A stretch of 61,181 nt of DNA, filler included, from an uncultured bacterium (GTDB lineage: Bacteria; CAYJOG01), in the NCBI GenBank assembly GCA_964371695.1. It is 11 parts of 11 records of this genome, joined end to end, with 100 filler letters (N's around TTAATTAATTAA, not from the genome) between each part and the next. Parts side by side here need not be neighbours in the genome. Positions count along the whole stretch, not along the records: positions 17,048 to 22,622 come from CAYJOG010000213.1; positions 22,723 to 28,184 come from CAYJOG010000216.1; positions 28,285 to 33,727 come from CAYJOG010000217.1; 8 more parts are not named here. The stretch is one strand, 5' to 3'. The notes under the pieces were generated by a model. That model was not told where the DNA came from and did no database searches. It saw only the letters and a list, made by a program, of their open reading frames with translations. The position numbers and the translations under genes are program-made. Within the stretch, counting starts at the first letter, position 1. Every line of letters begins with the position of its first letter. Below, in pieces: positions 18,920 to 28,654 of the stretch.

Positions 18920-20086
18920 ATGAGCGAGGAATTTACCGAGGTATCACACGAGTCGTGGGGCGCACGCCTGATGAACTCCATCAAGAGCGTGTTCTTTGGC
19001 ATCCTCCTGTTTGTCGCGGCCTTTCCGTTGCTGTGGTGGAACGAAGGCCGGTCGGTGGAGCGCGCCCGTTCGCTGAACGAGGTGGGTGGCAGTGTGATGA
19101 GCATCGCCGCCGACAAGGTAGACCCCACGCGTCAGGGCAAGCCGGTGCACGCCACTGCCCAGGCCACCACCAGCGAAACCCTCACCGACCCTGATTTTGG
19201 TGTGCCAGCCCAGGCCATTTTTCTCAAACGCACCGTGCAGATGTATCAGTGGGAGGAAGACGAAGAATCCAAAACCGAGAAAAATCTGGGCGGCAGCACC
19301 ACCACCACCAAAACATACAGCTATGAAAAAAAGTGGTCGGAAACCCGCATTGACTCCGGCAGTTTCAAAAAGCCAGAAGGCCACCAGAACCCCGCCGCCA
19401 TGCCCTATGCCACCGCCAGTCAGCAGGCCAAGGTGGTTAACTTTGGGGCTTTCACCCTGCCGCCGGTGTTGGTGGAGGACATGGACCAGTTCGAGGCATT
19501 CCCGCTGGCGCAGGACGCTGTGGCGAAAGCGCCCGAAAACATCCGCGCCAAAACCCGCCTGGACGCAGGCGGCCTTTATGCGGGAGCCGACCCGGCCAAC
19601 CCGCAGATAGGCGACCTCAAGATCACGTTTGAAGTGGTGAAACCGGCCACCGTGAGCATCATCGCCAGCCAAGTGGGGGCCACCTTTGAGCCGATTCAGA
19701 CCAGCGCGGGCGGCACGGTGGCGGAGCTGCGTTATGGCACGGTGAGCGCGCCCGCCATGATCAAAATGGCGCAGGATGAAAATGTCCTGATGACCTGGCT
19801 CATTCGCCTGGGTGGTTTTCTGCTTATGGCCATCGGCCTTGCCATGGTGTTCAGCCCCCTGGTGACGCTGGCTGACGTGGTGCCCTTCATCGGCAGCATG
19901 CTGGGGGCGGGCACTTTTATGGTGAGCCTGTTCGTGTCGCTGTTTTTCAGCTCCTTCACCATTGGTCTGGCGTGGGTGCGGTTCCGCCCCATGGTGGGTA
20001 TTCCACTGCTGGTGGTGGGTGTGGGGGCCGTGGTGCTGGTGTCACGCATGGGTAAAAACAAGCTGAGCCAGAAGGCGGCGGCGTAA
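18920..20086 (+). CDS. TMEM43 / DUF1625 family membrane protein
   Basis: LLWWNEGRSV, LKRTVQMYQWEE, PQIGDLKITF, TWLIRLGGF; 1 N-terminal and 3 C-terminal TMs. Confidence 0.9.
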   Translation: MSEEFTEVSHESWGARLMNSIKSVFFGILLFVAAFPLLWWNEGRSVERARSLNEVGGSVMSIAADKVDPTRQGKPVHATAQATTSETLTDPDFGVPAQAIFLKRTVQMYQWEEDEESKTEKNLGGSTTTTKTYSYEKKWSETRIDSGSFKKPEGHQNPAAMPYATASQQAKVVNFGAFTLPPVLVEDMDQFEAFPLAQDAVAKAPENIRAKTRLDAGGLYAGADPANPQIGDLKITFEVVKPATVSIIASQVGATFEPIQTSAGGTVAELRYGTVSAPAMIKMAQDENVLMTWLIRLGGFLLMAIGLAMVFSPLVTLADVVPFIGSMLGAGTFMVSLFVSLFFSSFTIGLAWVRFRPMVGIPLLVVGVGAVVLVSRMGKNKLSQKAAA

Positions 20087-20231
20087 GTGTTTGAAGGAGA
20101 TGCGGCGCCCATTGCGGTTGGGTTTACCTGAGTAGCGGCGACGCCCCCGTCGGCGGCCAAAGCCAAAAAAAAAAAGACCCCACCAGCCCCCCCCGGGCGG
20201 GNNNNNNNNNNGCCGTCCAAAGCCAAAAAAT

Positions 20232-22211
20232 CTATCCCCCCACTTCGCCCGCCAGGGCGGCGATGTCGCCCATCATGGTGTTGATTTCAAAATCCTTGGG
20301 GGTGTAAATCCGTTTCACGCCCATGGCCAGCAGTTCCTTTTGATCATCAGGCGGAATGATGCCGCCAACCACAACGGGCGTGGTTAGCTTCTGTTGTTTC
20401 AGCAGGGCCAGCACGTCGCGCACCAGCGTCATGTGGCTGCCGCTGAGAATGCTCAGGCCAATCACGTCCACGCCTTCTTCCACGGCGGTGTTCACCAGTT
20501 CTTCGGGCGTGAGGCGAATGCCCTGATACACCACGTCCATGCCCGCGTCCCGCGCCCGCACGGCGATTTGCTCCGCGCCGTTGCTGTGGCCGTCCAGCCC
20601 CGGTTTGCCCACCAGGAACTTGACCGTGCGCCCCAGGCGCTCGCCCGCCTCGCGCACTTTTGCGCGGGCTTCGTCCAGTCCGCTGCCCCCCGCCTTGCCC
20701 ACCGCACCGGCAATGCCCGTGGGGGGCCGCCACTCGCCAAACACCTCGCGCAGCGCCCCGGCCCATTCGCCGGTGGTCACGCCCGCTCGCGCCGCGTGGA
20801 TGGAAAGGGGCATGATGTTTTCGCCCCGGCCCACACCTTCCTTCAACTGGTCCAGGGCTTTTTTTGCGGCGGCGTTGTCGCGGTTTTTGCGAAAGGCCTG
20901 AAGCCGCTTAATCTGCTCGCGTTCGTCTTCTTCGTTGATTTTCAGAATGCCCATGTCGCCGCCGCTGAGGAGGGGGTTTTCGGCGGTTTCGGTGTAACAG
21001 TTCACACCCACCACCTTCTGGCGGCCTTCTTCAATGGCGCGCACGCGCTCGGCGTGAGATTTCACCAGTTGTTCTTTCACATAACCGCTTTGCACGGCGG
21101 CGATCATGCCCCCCATTTCCTCCACGCGGGCCATTTCGGCTTTGGCGTCCGCCATCAACTGGCGCACCTTGGCCTCGATCACCGTGCTGCCGTTGAAAAT
21201 GTCTTCGTATTCCAGCAGGTCGGTTTCCAGCGCCATCACCTGCATGATGCGCAGCGACCATTGCTGGTCCCACGGCCGGGGCAGGCCCAGGGCCTCGTTC
21301 CAGGCGGGCAGTTGCACGGCGCGGGCGCGGGCGTCGCGGCTCATCACCACCCCCAGCATTTCCAGGGTGATGCGTTGCAGGTTGTTCTCTGGCTGGGCCT
21401 CGGTCAGGCCCAGGCTGTTCACCTGCACGCCATAACGGAACCGCCGGTATTTCGCCTCCTGCACGCCGTAGCGGTTTTGAAGCATGTCCTCCCACAGGCG
21501 GCCAAAGGCGCGCATCTTGCACACCTCGGTGATGAACCGCAGGCCCACGTCCACAAAAAAGCTGATGCGCCCGCAGATCTGCTCGAACACGGAGTGGGGA
21601 ATGTCGCCGGTGGCCCGTGTGGCGTCCAGCACCGCCTGGGCGATGCCCATGCCATAGGCCAGTTCCTGCACCGGCGTGGCCCCTGCCTCGTGCAGGTGAT
21701 AGGGGCACACGTTGATGGGGTTGAACTTGGGCAGTTCCTTCACGCAATAGGTCACCATGTCGGTGATCAGCCCCATGGAGTTTTTGGGGTCAAAAATATA
21801 GGTGCCCCGGCTGAGGTATTCCTTGAGGATGTCGTTTTGCGTGGTGCCCTGCAATTTGCTGAGGTCCGCGCCCTGCTCCTGCGCCACCGCGACATACAGC
21901 GCCAGCAGCCAGGCGGCGGGGGCGTTGATGGTCATGGAGGTGTTCATTTTTTCGAGGGGGATTTCCTGGAACAACATGCGCATGTCTTCGATGTGGCTCA
22001 CGGGCACGCCCACCTTGCCCACTTCGCCACGGGCGCGCAGGTCGTCGCTGTCATAACCGGTCTGGGTGGGCAGGTCAAAAGCCACCGAAAGACCGGTCTG
22101 CCCCTTGCTCAGGTTCAGGCGGTAGAGGGCGTTGCTTTTTTCGGCGTTGCTGTGGCCGCTGTAGGTGCGCATCACCCACGGTGCATCGGGCGTATCCAGC
22201 AGAAAGGACAT
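20232..22211 (-). CDS. meaA: Cobalamin-dependent mutase MeaA / ethylmalonyl-CoA mutase
   Basis: PWVMRTYSGHS, GQTGLSVAFDLPTQTGYDSD, RYGVQVNSLGLTEAQPENN, B12-binding GKPGLDGHSNGAEQIA. Confidence 0.9.
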   Translation of the reverse strand: MSFLLDTPDAPWVMRTYSGHSNAEKSNALYRLNLSKGQTGLSVAFDLPTQTGYDSDDLRARGEVGKVGVPVSHIEDMRMLFQEIPLEKMNTSMTINAPAAWLLALYVAVAQEQGADLSKLQGTTQNDILKEYLSRGTYIFDPKNSMGLITDMVTYCVKELPKFNPINVCPYHLHEAGATPVQELAYGMGIAQAVLDATRATGDIPHSVFEQICGRISFFVDVGLRFITEVCKMRAFGRLWEDMLQNRYGVQEAKYRRFRYGVQVNSLGLTEAQPENNLQRITLEMLGVVMSRDARARAVQLPAWNEALGLPRPWDQQWSLRIMQVMALETDLLEYEDIFNGSTVIEAKVRQLMADAKAEMARVEEMGGMIAAVQSGYVKEQLVKSHAERVRAIEEGRQKVVGVNCYTETAENPLLSGGDMGILKINEEDEREQIKRLQAFRKNRDNAAAKKALDQLKEGVGRGENIMPLSIHAARAGVTTGEWAGALREVFGEWRPPTGIAGAVGKAGGSGLDEARAKVREAGERLGRTVKFLVGKPGLDGHSNGAEQIAVRARDAGMDVVYQGIRLTPEELVNTAVEEGVDVIGLSILSGSHMTLVRDVLALLKQQKLTTPVVVGGIIPPDDQKELLAMGVKRIYTPKDFEINTMMGDIAALAGEVGG

Positions 22212-22291
22212 GGGAACCTCCTTGCTTCGCCGCAGGGGCGAAGGCGGGTTGCAGTATAAAAGGATGATTACGGCCTGCTATACTTCAAGGC

Positions 22292-22468
22292 ATGAAGGTT
22301 GCGCCGAAACAGGAGGGTGCCAAGGGGCGCAAAGCGGCCTTTCACCTGACCAATCAGGATGTCAAAGCCATCCAGGAGGGCATCAAAAGCCTGAAGGAAG
22401 GCCGGGTGACGCCGTGGGAAGACGTGAAGGCCGAACTGAGGCAAAAGCCAGTGGTTCATCTGGATTGA
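22292..22468 (+). CDS. 58-aa antitoxin-like small protein (absent from ORF track)
   Basis: MKVAPKQ...AIQEGIKSLKEGRVTPWEDVKAEL...; TG-c-TATACT 7 nt before the ATG. Confidence 0.55.
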   Translation: MKVAPKQEGAKGRKAAFHLTNQDVKAIQEGIKSLKEGRVTPWEDVKAELRQKPVVHLD

Positions 22469-22472
22469 AATT

Positions 22473-22622
22473 GGTGGCGCAGGCATCTTGCCTGCGTAAA
22501 GCAAAAAGCAACCCCCTTTTCCCCTCTACCGTGCTTTGCATGGGAGAAGGAGCAGTGGTTTTTTGCCTTTGAATAAACCCCTCACCCGGCCTGCGGCCAC
22601 CCTCTCCCCGTAAAGGGGAGAG
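22473..22622. repeat. REP-like cluster at contig end
   Basis: GGTGGCGCAGGCATCTTGCCTGC and CCCTCACCCGG...CCCTCTCCCC..GGGGAGAG. Confidence 0.7.
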
Positions 22623-22722
22623 NNNNNNNNNNNNNNNNNNNNNNNNNNNNNNNNNNNNNNNNNNNNTTAATTAATTAANNNNNNNNNNNNNNNNNNNNNN
22701 NNNNNNNNNNNNNNNNNNNNNN

Positions 22723-23194
22723 CGGGCCTCAGAAAACCCTGGTTGTCCGGCGTGAGGGCTCCCAGCGAAAAACTGGCGGCGGCGCCAAAAGGTTTGAAGT
22801 CCTGCCCCAGGGTGAAATCCAGCGGCAGAAAACTGGCCGAAAGGTTGTTTTGCCCCATGGGAAAAACCAGGGGTTGTTTCAGTTGAAGCCCGGTTTGGGT
22901 TTCCTTCACCAGCATCAGCCGCCAGCGGTCGCGGGAGAGCGGCAGCAGAAAACCACCGCTGGTGTTGATTTTGCTGCTTTGGGTTTCTCCCTGTGCGTTG
23001 ACGGCCAGCAGATAAAAGTCGCCATTTGCAGAGATTTGACGTGTTCTGGCCAGCACGGCCGGGGCAACACGGCCGCTCAGCACCACGGTGGTGATGGGCA
23101 CCGGGGCCGAGGCCTCACCGCCGCAACCCACCAGACCAGCCACAAGGGCCAAAAAGAGAAAAAAAGAAATAAGGTGCTGCGGTTTCAACGGCAT
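22723..23194 (-). CDS. Lipoprotein, N-terminal part (contig end)
   Basis: Signal peptide with LVGC lipobox. Confidence 0.65.
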
Positions 23195-23289
23195 GGTCTG
23201 CCCTGCCAATTATTCGGCAAAGAACGGGCCATTATGAACAGCACACAGCAAGGGCGGGGGCTTATTGCCCAAGCAAATGTGCTTGCCGA

Positions 23290-23754
23290 TTATTCCACGT
23301 CGGGCGAAAGCACGGATTCCTTGCCCTTGGCGTTCACCAGCCGCAGCATGGTGGCTTCTTTGCTGGCCACCAGATTCACGGCGTCTTTGTCTTTGCCGTG
23401 CTGCATGGCAAACACCGATTCGCCGCTTTCCATGTGTACCTGCATCACGCGGGGGGTGCCGGTGCTGTCCAGCAGGCTCACGCCCTGGGCTTCGTCGTCC
23501 TGGCTCAGCAACACGCGGGGGTTGCCGTTTTTGTCCACCAGGGAAAAATGCACGGCGTTTTCGTCGTCAATGAAGGCCTGCAGCCTGGGTTTGCCGTTGC
23601 TGCCCAGAATGGCAAGTTCCTTGACGGTGACCGAGTTGAAATCGGCGTCGGCGGAACCGGCCGTGACGGGTTTGGGGGCTAATGTGGCCTGGAAGGCCGC
23701 CGCGCCGATGAAGCCTGAGGTGAAGCAGGCCAGTAGAAGGGATGGTGTGCGCAT
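23290..23754 (-). CDS. Secreted hypothetical protein with short beta repeats
   Basis: AGGAGG RBS; signal peptide; repeated LxDxxGxPRV units. Confidence 0.7.
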   Translation of the reverse strand: MRTPSLLLACFTSGFIGAAAFQATLAPKPVTAGSADADFNSVTVKELAILGSNGKPRLQAFIDDENAVHFSLVDKNGNPRVLLSQDDEAQGVSLLDSTGTPRVMQVHMESGESVFAMQHGKDKDAVNLVASKEATMLRLVNAKGKESVLSPDVE

Positions 23755-23786
23755 GGTGCGCCTCCTGGGATTGGGATGTTGGGGTT

Positions 23787-24962
23787 TCAGGCGAGCATTT
23801 CGGGTTCTTCGTGGGGGGCGGCGGGTGGCTTGGCTTGGGGCAGGGGTTCGTCGCTCAGCCGCCTGCGCTGGGGGCGGAAAATGCGCCGCATCAGGTCCAC
23901 GCGTCCGCACAGGGTGATGAACACCAGCAGGAACCCCAAGGCCAGCATGATGACAGGGCGTTTGGGCATTTCCTTGATGAACACGCCGCCCTGGCCCGGC
24001 GGGGGCAGTTTGGCGGGAGCGACGGGCAGGTCATAGAGATGGGCGAGGTTCACGGCCTCCAGCAGGTGGATGACAGGGATTTTTTTCTCGGCCATGCGAA
24101 AGGCCACGCCTTTGGGTTGTGCGCTGGAAACGGGCAGGGTGAGGTTCAGGCCGCTTTTGATGAGGTCGCGGTTGGCCGAGCTGCCCAGACTGGTGATGCC
24201 CCCCCCCACGTTGATGTAGGCGCGGATGGGTCGCCCGGCGGCCAGGGTTTCGTAAAGGGACATGCGGGCGCGGATGCCCCCTGCGGTGTTGGTGAAACGC
24301 AGGCGTCTCAAGCCCGCACGGCGAATGGCCCTGTCCATGAGGTCCACGCCTTTTTTGCTCAGCCCAGCGCCCCTGTCCTGACTGCCGCCCCGTGTGGCGG
24401 CCACGCTGTGGCGGGTGAAAAGGCCCGCTTCGTAAAGCGATTTTTCCATGTCCAGCCATGTCATTTCCGGCCAGGTGGCCCCGTGGTTGCTGGCCCCCAC
24501 CGAGGAGATCACCAGGCCTTCCAGATCCAGCGCCTGCATGGCGCACCACGTGGCCACGTTCAGCCCCGGCATGGAGCCGGTCATGCTGGCAGAGACCAGA
24601 TCGCGGGGCCGCACGCCCGCTTTTTTCAGCAGGTCCACCACCACCGCCGCAAAGTTGGGGTTGGTGGTGGTGAGCTTGGCCCGCAAAATGCCGGTGTCGG
24701 TGGTGATGGGGGTGAGCAGCGGGCCGATGAGGCCGGTGCGGTTGGGGTCGCGGTTGCCCACAAAGGCCTGGGGCACCTGCATGGGAATCACCCGCTGCAG
24801 ATGCACCGTGGCCCGCTGCATGCACTGGGCGGCCAGCAGTTTTTCTTCACGGTTGGCCTGGGGCACGGTGAGGTTCACCTCTTTGACGCCCACATAGGTG
24901 AGCACCGCCACCAGCGCCATCACCACCAGCAGCCACGTGGGGTGTTGCGACTGGCGAATCAT
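23787..24962 (-). CDS. pgsW: Poly-gamma-glutamate system protein PgsW
   Basis: DPNRTGLIG...ITTDTGILRAKLTTTNPNFAA, TGSMPGLN, SSVGASNHGA, YINVGGG; downstream of pgsBC. Confidence 0.85.
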   Translation of the reverse strand: MIRQSQHPTWLLVVMALVAVLTYVGVKEVNLTVPQANREEKLLAAQCMQRATVHLQRVIPMQVPQAFVGNRDPNRTGLIGPLLTPITTDTGILRAKLTTTNPNFAAVVVDLLKKAGVRPRDLVSASMTGSMPGLNVATWCAMQALDLEGLVISSVGASNHGATWPEMTWLDMEKSLYEAGLFTRHSVAATRGGSQDRGAGLSKKGVDLMDRAIRRAGLRRLRFTNTAGGIRARMSLYETLAAGRPIRAYINVGGGITSLGSSANRDLIKSGLNLTLPVSSAQPKGVAFRMAEKKIPVIHLLEAVNLAHLYDLPVAPAKLPPPGQGGVFIKEMPKRPVIMLALGFLLVFITLCGRVDLMRRIFRPQRRRLSDEPLPQAKPPAAPHEEPEMLA

Positions 24963-25423
24963 GCCCCGGCCTCCGGATAAACCAGCATGAGCACCAGCTT
25001 CACCAGCACCGCGCAGGTGCCCATGACCGTGAGGGTGCGCAGGGCCCCCTGGCGCTCCATCCAGTGGGCCAGCAGGCCGGGCACGATGATGCCGATGGCC
25101 TGCACCTCTGGTGAGCCAAGCAGGCCATAGGGCTGCTGGGCCTGCAAAAGGGTGGCCACGTTGGTGCAGAAACGCGCCAGCACAAACCCCACAATCAGCG
25201 TGACCACCACGCGCCTGCGGCCATAAATGAAGGTGAAAAACGAAAACAGGCGCACCACCTGCCATGTGAGCAGGCCCGCCGTGACGGTCACGGCGAGGCG
25301 CAGGGGTTCATCCAGATGCAGGGCCACATAACCGGGCACCACCATGCCCCCCGCCGCCAAACCAAAAAATTCGCTGAAAATGAGGCTAAGCACCAACCCC
25401 AGACCAATAGCGGCCTCGGTCAT
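24959..25423 (-). CDS. pgsC: Poly-gamma-glutamate biosynthesis protein PgsC/CapC
   Basis: GLAAGGMVVPGYVAL, IYGRRR, IGIIVPGLLAHWMERQG. Confidence 0.92.
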   Translation of the reverse strand: MTEAAIGLGLVLSLIFSEFFGLAAGGMVVPGYVALHLDEPLRLAVTVTAGLLTWQVVRLFSFFTFIYGRRRVVVTLIVGFVLARFCTNVATLLQAQQPYGLLGSPEVQAIGIIVPGLLAHWMERQGALRTLTVMGTCAVLVKLVLMLVYPEAGA

Positions 25424-26582
25424 ATTCCACCCCCCTTTCATTGAAATAATGCCCAATGGCCTGACCCATGTTCTTGATGTTGCCAATGCCCATCACCAGA
25501 CCGGTCTCCTGCACCCGTTCGGCGATGGCCTGATACACCACCTCCGGCTGCGTCACGCCCAGGTCTTCCAGGCGGTCTTCGGGCAGGCCCAGGTGGGTGG
25601 CGTGGCGGATGACGCTTTCGGTGTCGTCGCCGGTGACGAGGTAAAAATTCGCATCCATGCGCGTGGCGATGAGCTGGCCCATCTGCTCGCTGCGGCTCTG
25701 GCGGTCGCTGCGGGTGTTCACCAGCACGCCCCAGCTCTGGTGGTGGGTGAACAGGTTCTTCACCCGCTTCCAGTTCATGACGGTGCTTTCGGGGTCGTTG
25801 GCGGCGAAACAGTCCACAAAGTCCACCTGTTTGTTGTGGTGGTGAATGCTGTAAACCCGTGTCACGCCGGGGTCGGGCACGGCGGCGTACATGCCCCGCA
25901 GGGCGTCTTCCTGCCCCACGCCGTGGTGCGCGCACACCGCCAGGGCCAGGGCCACGTTTTCTTCGTGCTCCAGATAACTGAAACCCGCCATCATCTGGGG
26001 GGTGATGTTTCCGGGCGTGGTGGCCACCACGCGGGCGCGGCGTTTGGCGGCTTCTTCCTGAATCAGGGGCAGCAGTTCCTGTTCGGCGGTGAAGACCACC
26101 TCGCCGTGGGGAATGGTGGTACACAGGGCCATGCCCACGTCGCGCACGGTGGGGCCCATCACGTCCAGGTGGTCGGGTCGGATGTTGGTGATGACCCCGG
26201 CGGTGGCGCAGATCATTTTTTCGGCGCTCAGGCGCTGGTTAAAAGGGTTGAGCGCCATGCATTCAATCACCAGCGCGTCGCTTTTGTGTTTCACAGCGTG
26301 GCGCATGATGCCCAGTTGTTCGATAATGTTGGCGGGGCCGGGGCGGAAGATCAGTTCGTCGGTTCCGTTGGGCAAAATCATGCGCGGCTCGGTGCCGGTG
26401 ACCTTGGCGAAGGTGCGCACGCCCCCGGCGCTCAGGCCCCCGGCAATGAGCCGCGTGACGCTGCTTTTGCCCCGTGTGCCGTTGACGTGAATGCGCACCG
26501 CCAGCCGCCCCACGTTGCGCTGATGGCGGGCAAATTCAAACGCGCCGTAACCCAGAAGGCCCGCCGCGAGCATTTCACTCAT
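25386..26582 (-). CDS. pgsB: Poly-gamma-glutamate synthase PgsB/CapB
   Basis: RIHVNGTRGKSSVTRLIAGGL, ANIIEQ, VIECMAL, ITNIRPDHLDVMGPT, FAANDPEST. Confidence 0.93.
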   Translation of the reverse strand: MSEMLAAGLLGYGAFEFARHQRNVGRLAVRIHVNGTRGKSSVTRLIAGGLSAGGVRTFAKVTGTEPRMILPNGTDELIFRPGPANIIEQLGIMRHAVKHKSDALVIECMALNPFNQRLSAEKMICATAGVITNIRPDHLDVMGPTVRDVGMALCTTIPHGEVVFTAEQELLPLIQEEAAKRRARVVATTPGNITPQMMAGFSYLEHEENVALALAVCAHHGVGQEDALRGMYAAVPDPGVTRVYSIHHHNKQVDFVDCFAANDPESTVMNWKRVKNLFTHHQSWGVLVNTRSDRQSRSEQMGQLIATRMDANFYLVTGDDTESVIRHATHLGLPEDRLEDLGVTQPEVVYQAIAERVQETGLVMGIGNIKNMGQAIGHYFNERGVEYDRGRYWSGVGA

Positions 26583-26689
26583 GGGCACGGCGGCCAGTGT
26601 GAAAGGCGGCGCGGTCAAAAACAAGTCGCAGGGGGGCTGTGGACGTGAAGCCGGTCACGAAAAAAACGTGATGTGTGCGAATAACCTGC

Positions 26690-27100
26690 CGTCATTCCAG
26701 CGAAGGCGGCAGTCCAGTTGAAACAAGAAAATCACACCTTTTTCTGTTCCCTTTCATGGGGACCAGTAGCCACAGGCGTCCTCGCCTGTGGTCCCGCCTG
26801 CCTTCATTTATAACAATGCAGGCAGGATGCCCATGGCTGCCACCATTACGGGAGTAGCGGCGGTGTCCACACCGCCGTGAATGGCAAAAACCACTGCTTT
26901 TGTTTTGGTGGTTGCGCGGTGCGGACACCGCGCCTACTCCAAAATGGTTGTGGCGCGACGGGGGCGTCGCGCCTACTCAAAAAAGGCTGTTTTTTCAGGG
27001 GTTTTTGCTTAACTTAACCGCTATGGGCAGGATGCTTGCGCCACCAGAACTGGATTTTTTCTTATGTCTGACTGGATTCCCGCAGATGCGGGAATGGCGT
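26690..27100. repeat. Dense mosaic of REP/REPIN-like repeats
   Basis: GTCATTCC-type units at both ends, several GTAG/GTGG-type hairpins, REPIN at 26854-26937. Confidence 0.8.
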
Positions 27101-27149
27101 CGGGAGAAACCGGGGCCTTTTCTTTTTCCAGCCTCCAGCCTCCTCGTTC

Positions 27150-28184
27150 TTATCTGGCTTTCGACGCCCGGCTCAGCACCTGTTTGAGCTGGCTCGATGT
27201 AAAAGGTTTTGCCAGAAACCAGGTGTCCGGCGCTTTCAGCAGGTCTCCCGCCTCGGCGGCCCGGTAACCGCTCATGAGCACCAGGGGCCGGTGGTGGGTG
27301 AGTTCGGGGTGGTTTTTGGCCAGGGTGAGGTCCACCAGCAGGGGGCCAAGGCGGGGGGCCAGTTGTTCCTGAAGGCGGGCGGCCTCGGAGGGTGTGCCTG
27401 CGGTGAATATCTCCGCACCGGTGCCCGACAGGGCCTCTTTGATGAGGTCCACCACGGCGGGTTCCTGATCCACCACCAGCAGACAGCGGTTGTGCAGCGA
27501 CACCTCGCCTGCCTCGGCGGTGGTGGGTGCGCCCGCATCGGCAGCTTCTGGCGCAAGAGGCAGAAAAACCGAAAAGGACGCCCCCTGGCCAGGTTCGCTG
27601 AAAACAGAAATCGCGCCCCCCAGGTTTTTGACGATGCCTGCCACCGCCGCCAGCCCCAGGCCACGGCCATGGCCCTTGGTGCTGAAGAAGGGGTCAAAAA
27701 CCCGGTTCAGCGTGGCGGCGTCCATGCCGGGGCCGTTGTCGGTGACACGGAAATAACCCATGGGGTGTCGGATCTCTGTCTGCCCCAGGTGCAGGTGACT
27801 TTTGTGGCTGGCGGGTGCGGCCACACCGGCCTTGAGGGTGATGACGCCCGGCGTGCGCCCCATGGCCTCCTGCGCGTTGATGACCAGATTCAGGATGACC
27901 TGCGAGAGCAGGCTGGCGTCAGAAAGCACGGCGGGCAGGTCTGCGGGCACATCCACCACCAGCAGCAGATCCGGCGGCAGGGTGCTTTCTATCAGAAGCT
28001 TGGTTTCCAGCAGCACCGCCGAAAGGCAGACCGGCGTGGGGCTCACTGCTTCTTTGCCCGCATAGGCCAGCAGTTGCTTGCACAAACTGGCGGCTTTTTC
28101 GCCTGCTTTTTGAGATTTTTCAAGATTTTTGACGGCGGGGTGATCGGGGGGGAGTTTCATCAGTGCCAGTTCCAGATAACCCTG
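27150..28184 (-). CDS. Hybrid sensor histidine kinase, C-terminal part with degenerate receiver domain
   Basis: QVILNLVINAQEAM, VTDNGPGMD, FDPFFSTKGHGRGLGLA, then LVVDQE...LMSGY...KPF. Confidence 0.9.
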   Translation of the reverse strand, partial: QGYLELALMKLPPDHPAVKNLEKSQKAGEKAASLCKQLLAYAGKEAVSPTPVCLSAVLLETKLLIESTLPPDLLLVVDVPADLPAVLSDASLLSQVILNLVINAQEAMGRTPGVITLKAGVAAPASHKSHLHLGQTEIRHPMGYFRVTDNGPGMDAATLNRVFDPFFSTKGHGRGLGLAAVAGIVKNLGGAISVFSEPGQGASFSVFLPLAPEAADAGAPTTAEAGEVSLHNRCLLVVDQEPAVVDLIKEALSGTGAEIFTAGTPSEAARLQEQLAPRLGPLLVDLTLAKNHPELTHHRPLVLMSGYRAAEAGDLLKAPDTWFLAKPFTSSQLKQVLSRASKAR

Positions 28185-28284
28185 NNNNNNNNNNNNNNNN
28201 NNNNNNNNNNNNNNNNNNNNNNNNNNNNTTAATTAATTAANNNNNNNNNNNNNNNNNNNNNNNNNNNNNNNNNNNNNNNNNNNN

Positions 28285-28439
28285 ACCCGCAACAGGTCAT
28301 AACCCGCCAGTTGGGGCAACTGTCGGATACGCGCCACCTCCCCCACAATTTCCTGTGCTGAGGGGAACTGCCTGTTTCTGGCGGCAAGGGCCTTGGTGAC
28401 AAACCCGCCATCCAGCAGAATGACAAACTGTGGATTCAC
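28285..28439 (-). CDS. NYN/LabA (PIN-like) domain protein, N-terminal fragment
   Basis: VILLDGGFV...YDLLR typical NYN start; TATCAT 6 nt before the GTG. Confidence 0.6.
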
Positions 28440-28654
28440 CGAGCCATGATAAATGCTCCAGAACCGCTGGTGCTGCCGAAGCAGACTTGGATCAATTACC
28501 AGCGGCGGAGCGTTATCTTTCGTCACCACCAACCGAAGCGACCAGCGGTTGACAGTCAGTTACAACGCAATTGTAACCGACTCTCGCCGGAAACGCAAAA
28601 GAAACGGCTGCTGAAAAAAACTTGGCTTAAGCCGCCCAGAGAACTTTTCCGGCG

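Noticed and set aside
20150-20231. Duplicated CCAAAGCCAAAAAA around a 10-N gap
   Set aside because: Scaffold-gap overlap with a noisy read end, not a target-site duplication.
22212-22291. Cobalamin riboswitch upstream of meaA
   Set aside because: Only a short hairpin (CTTCGCC...GGCGAAG); no B12 box and too little space.
26690-27100. Possible CRISPR array
   Set aside because: Repeats are heterogeneous, inverted and irregularly spaced, and there are no cas genes; REP mosaic instead.
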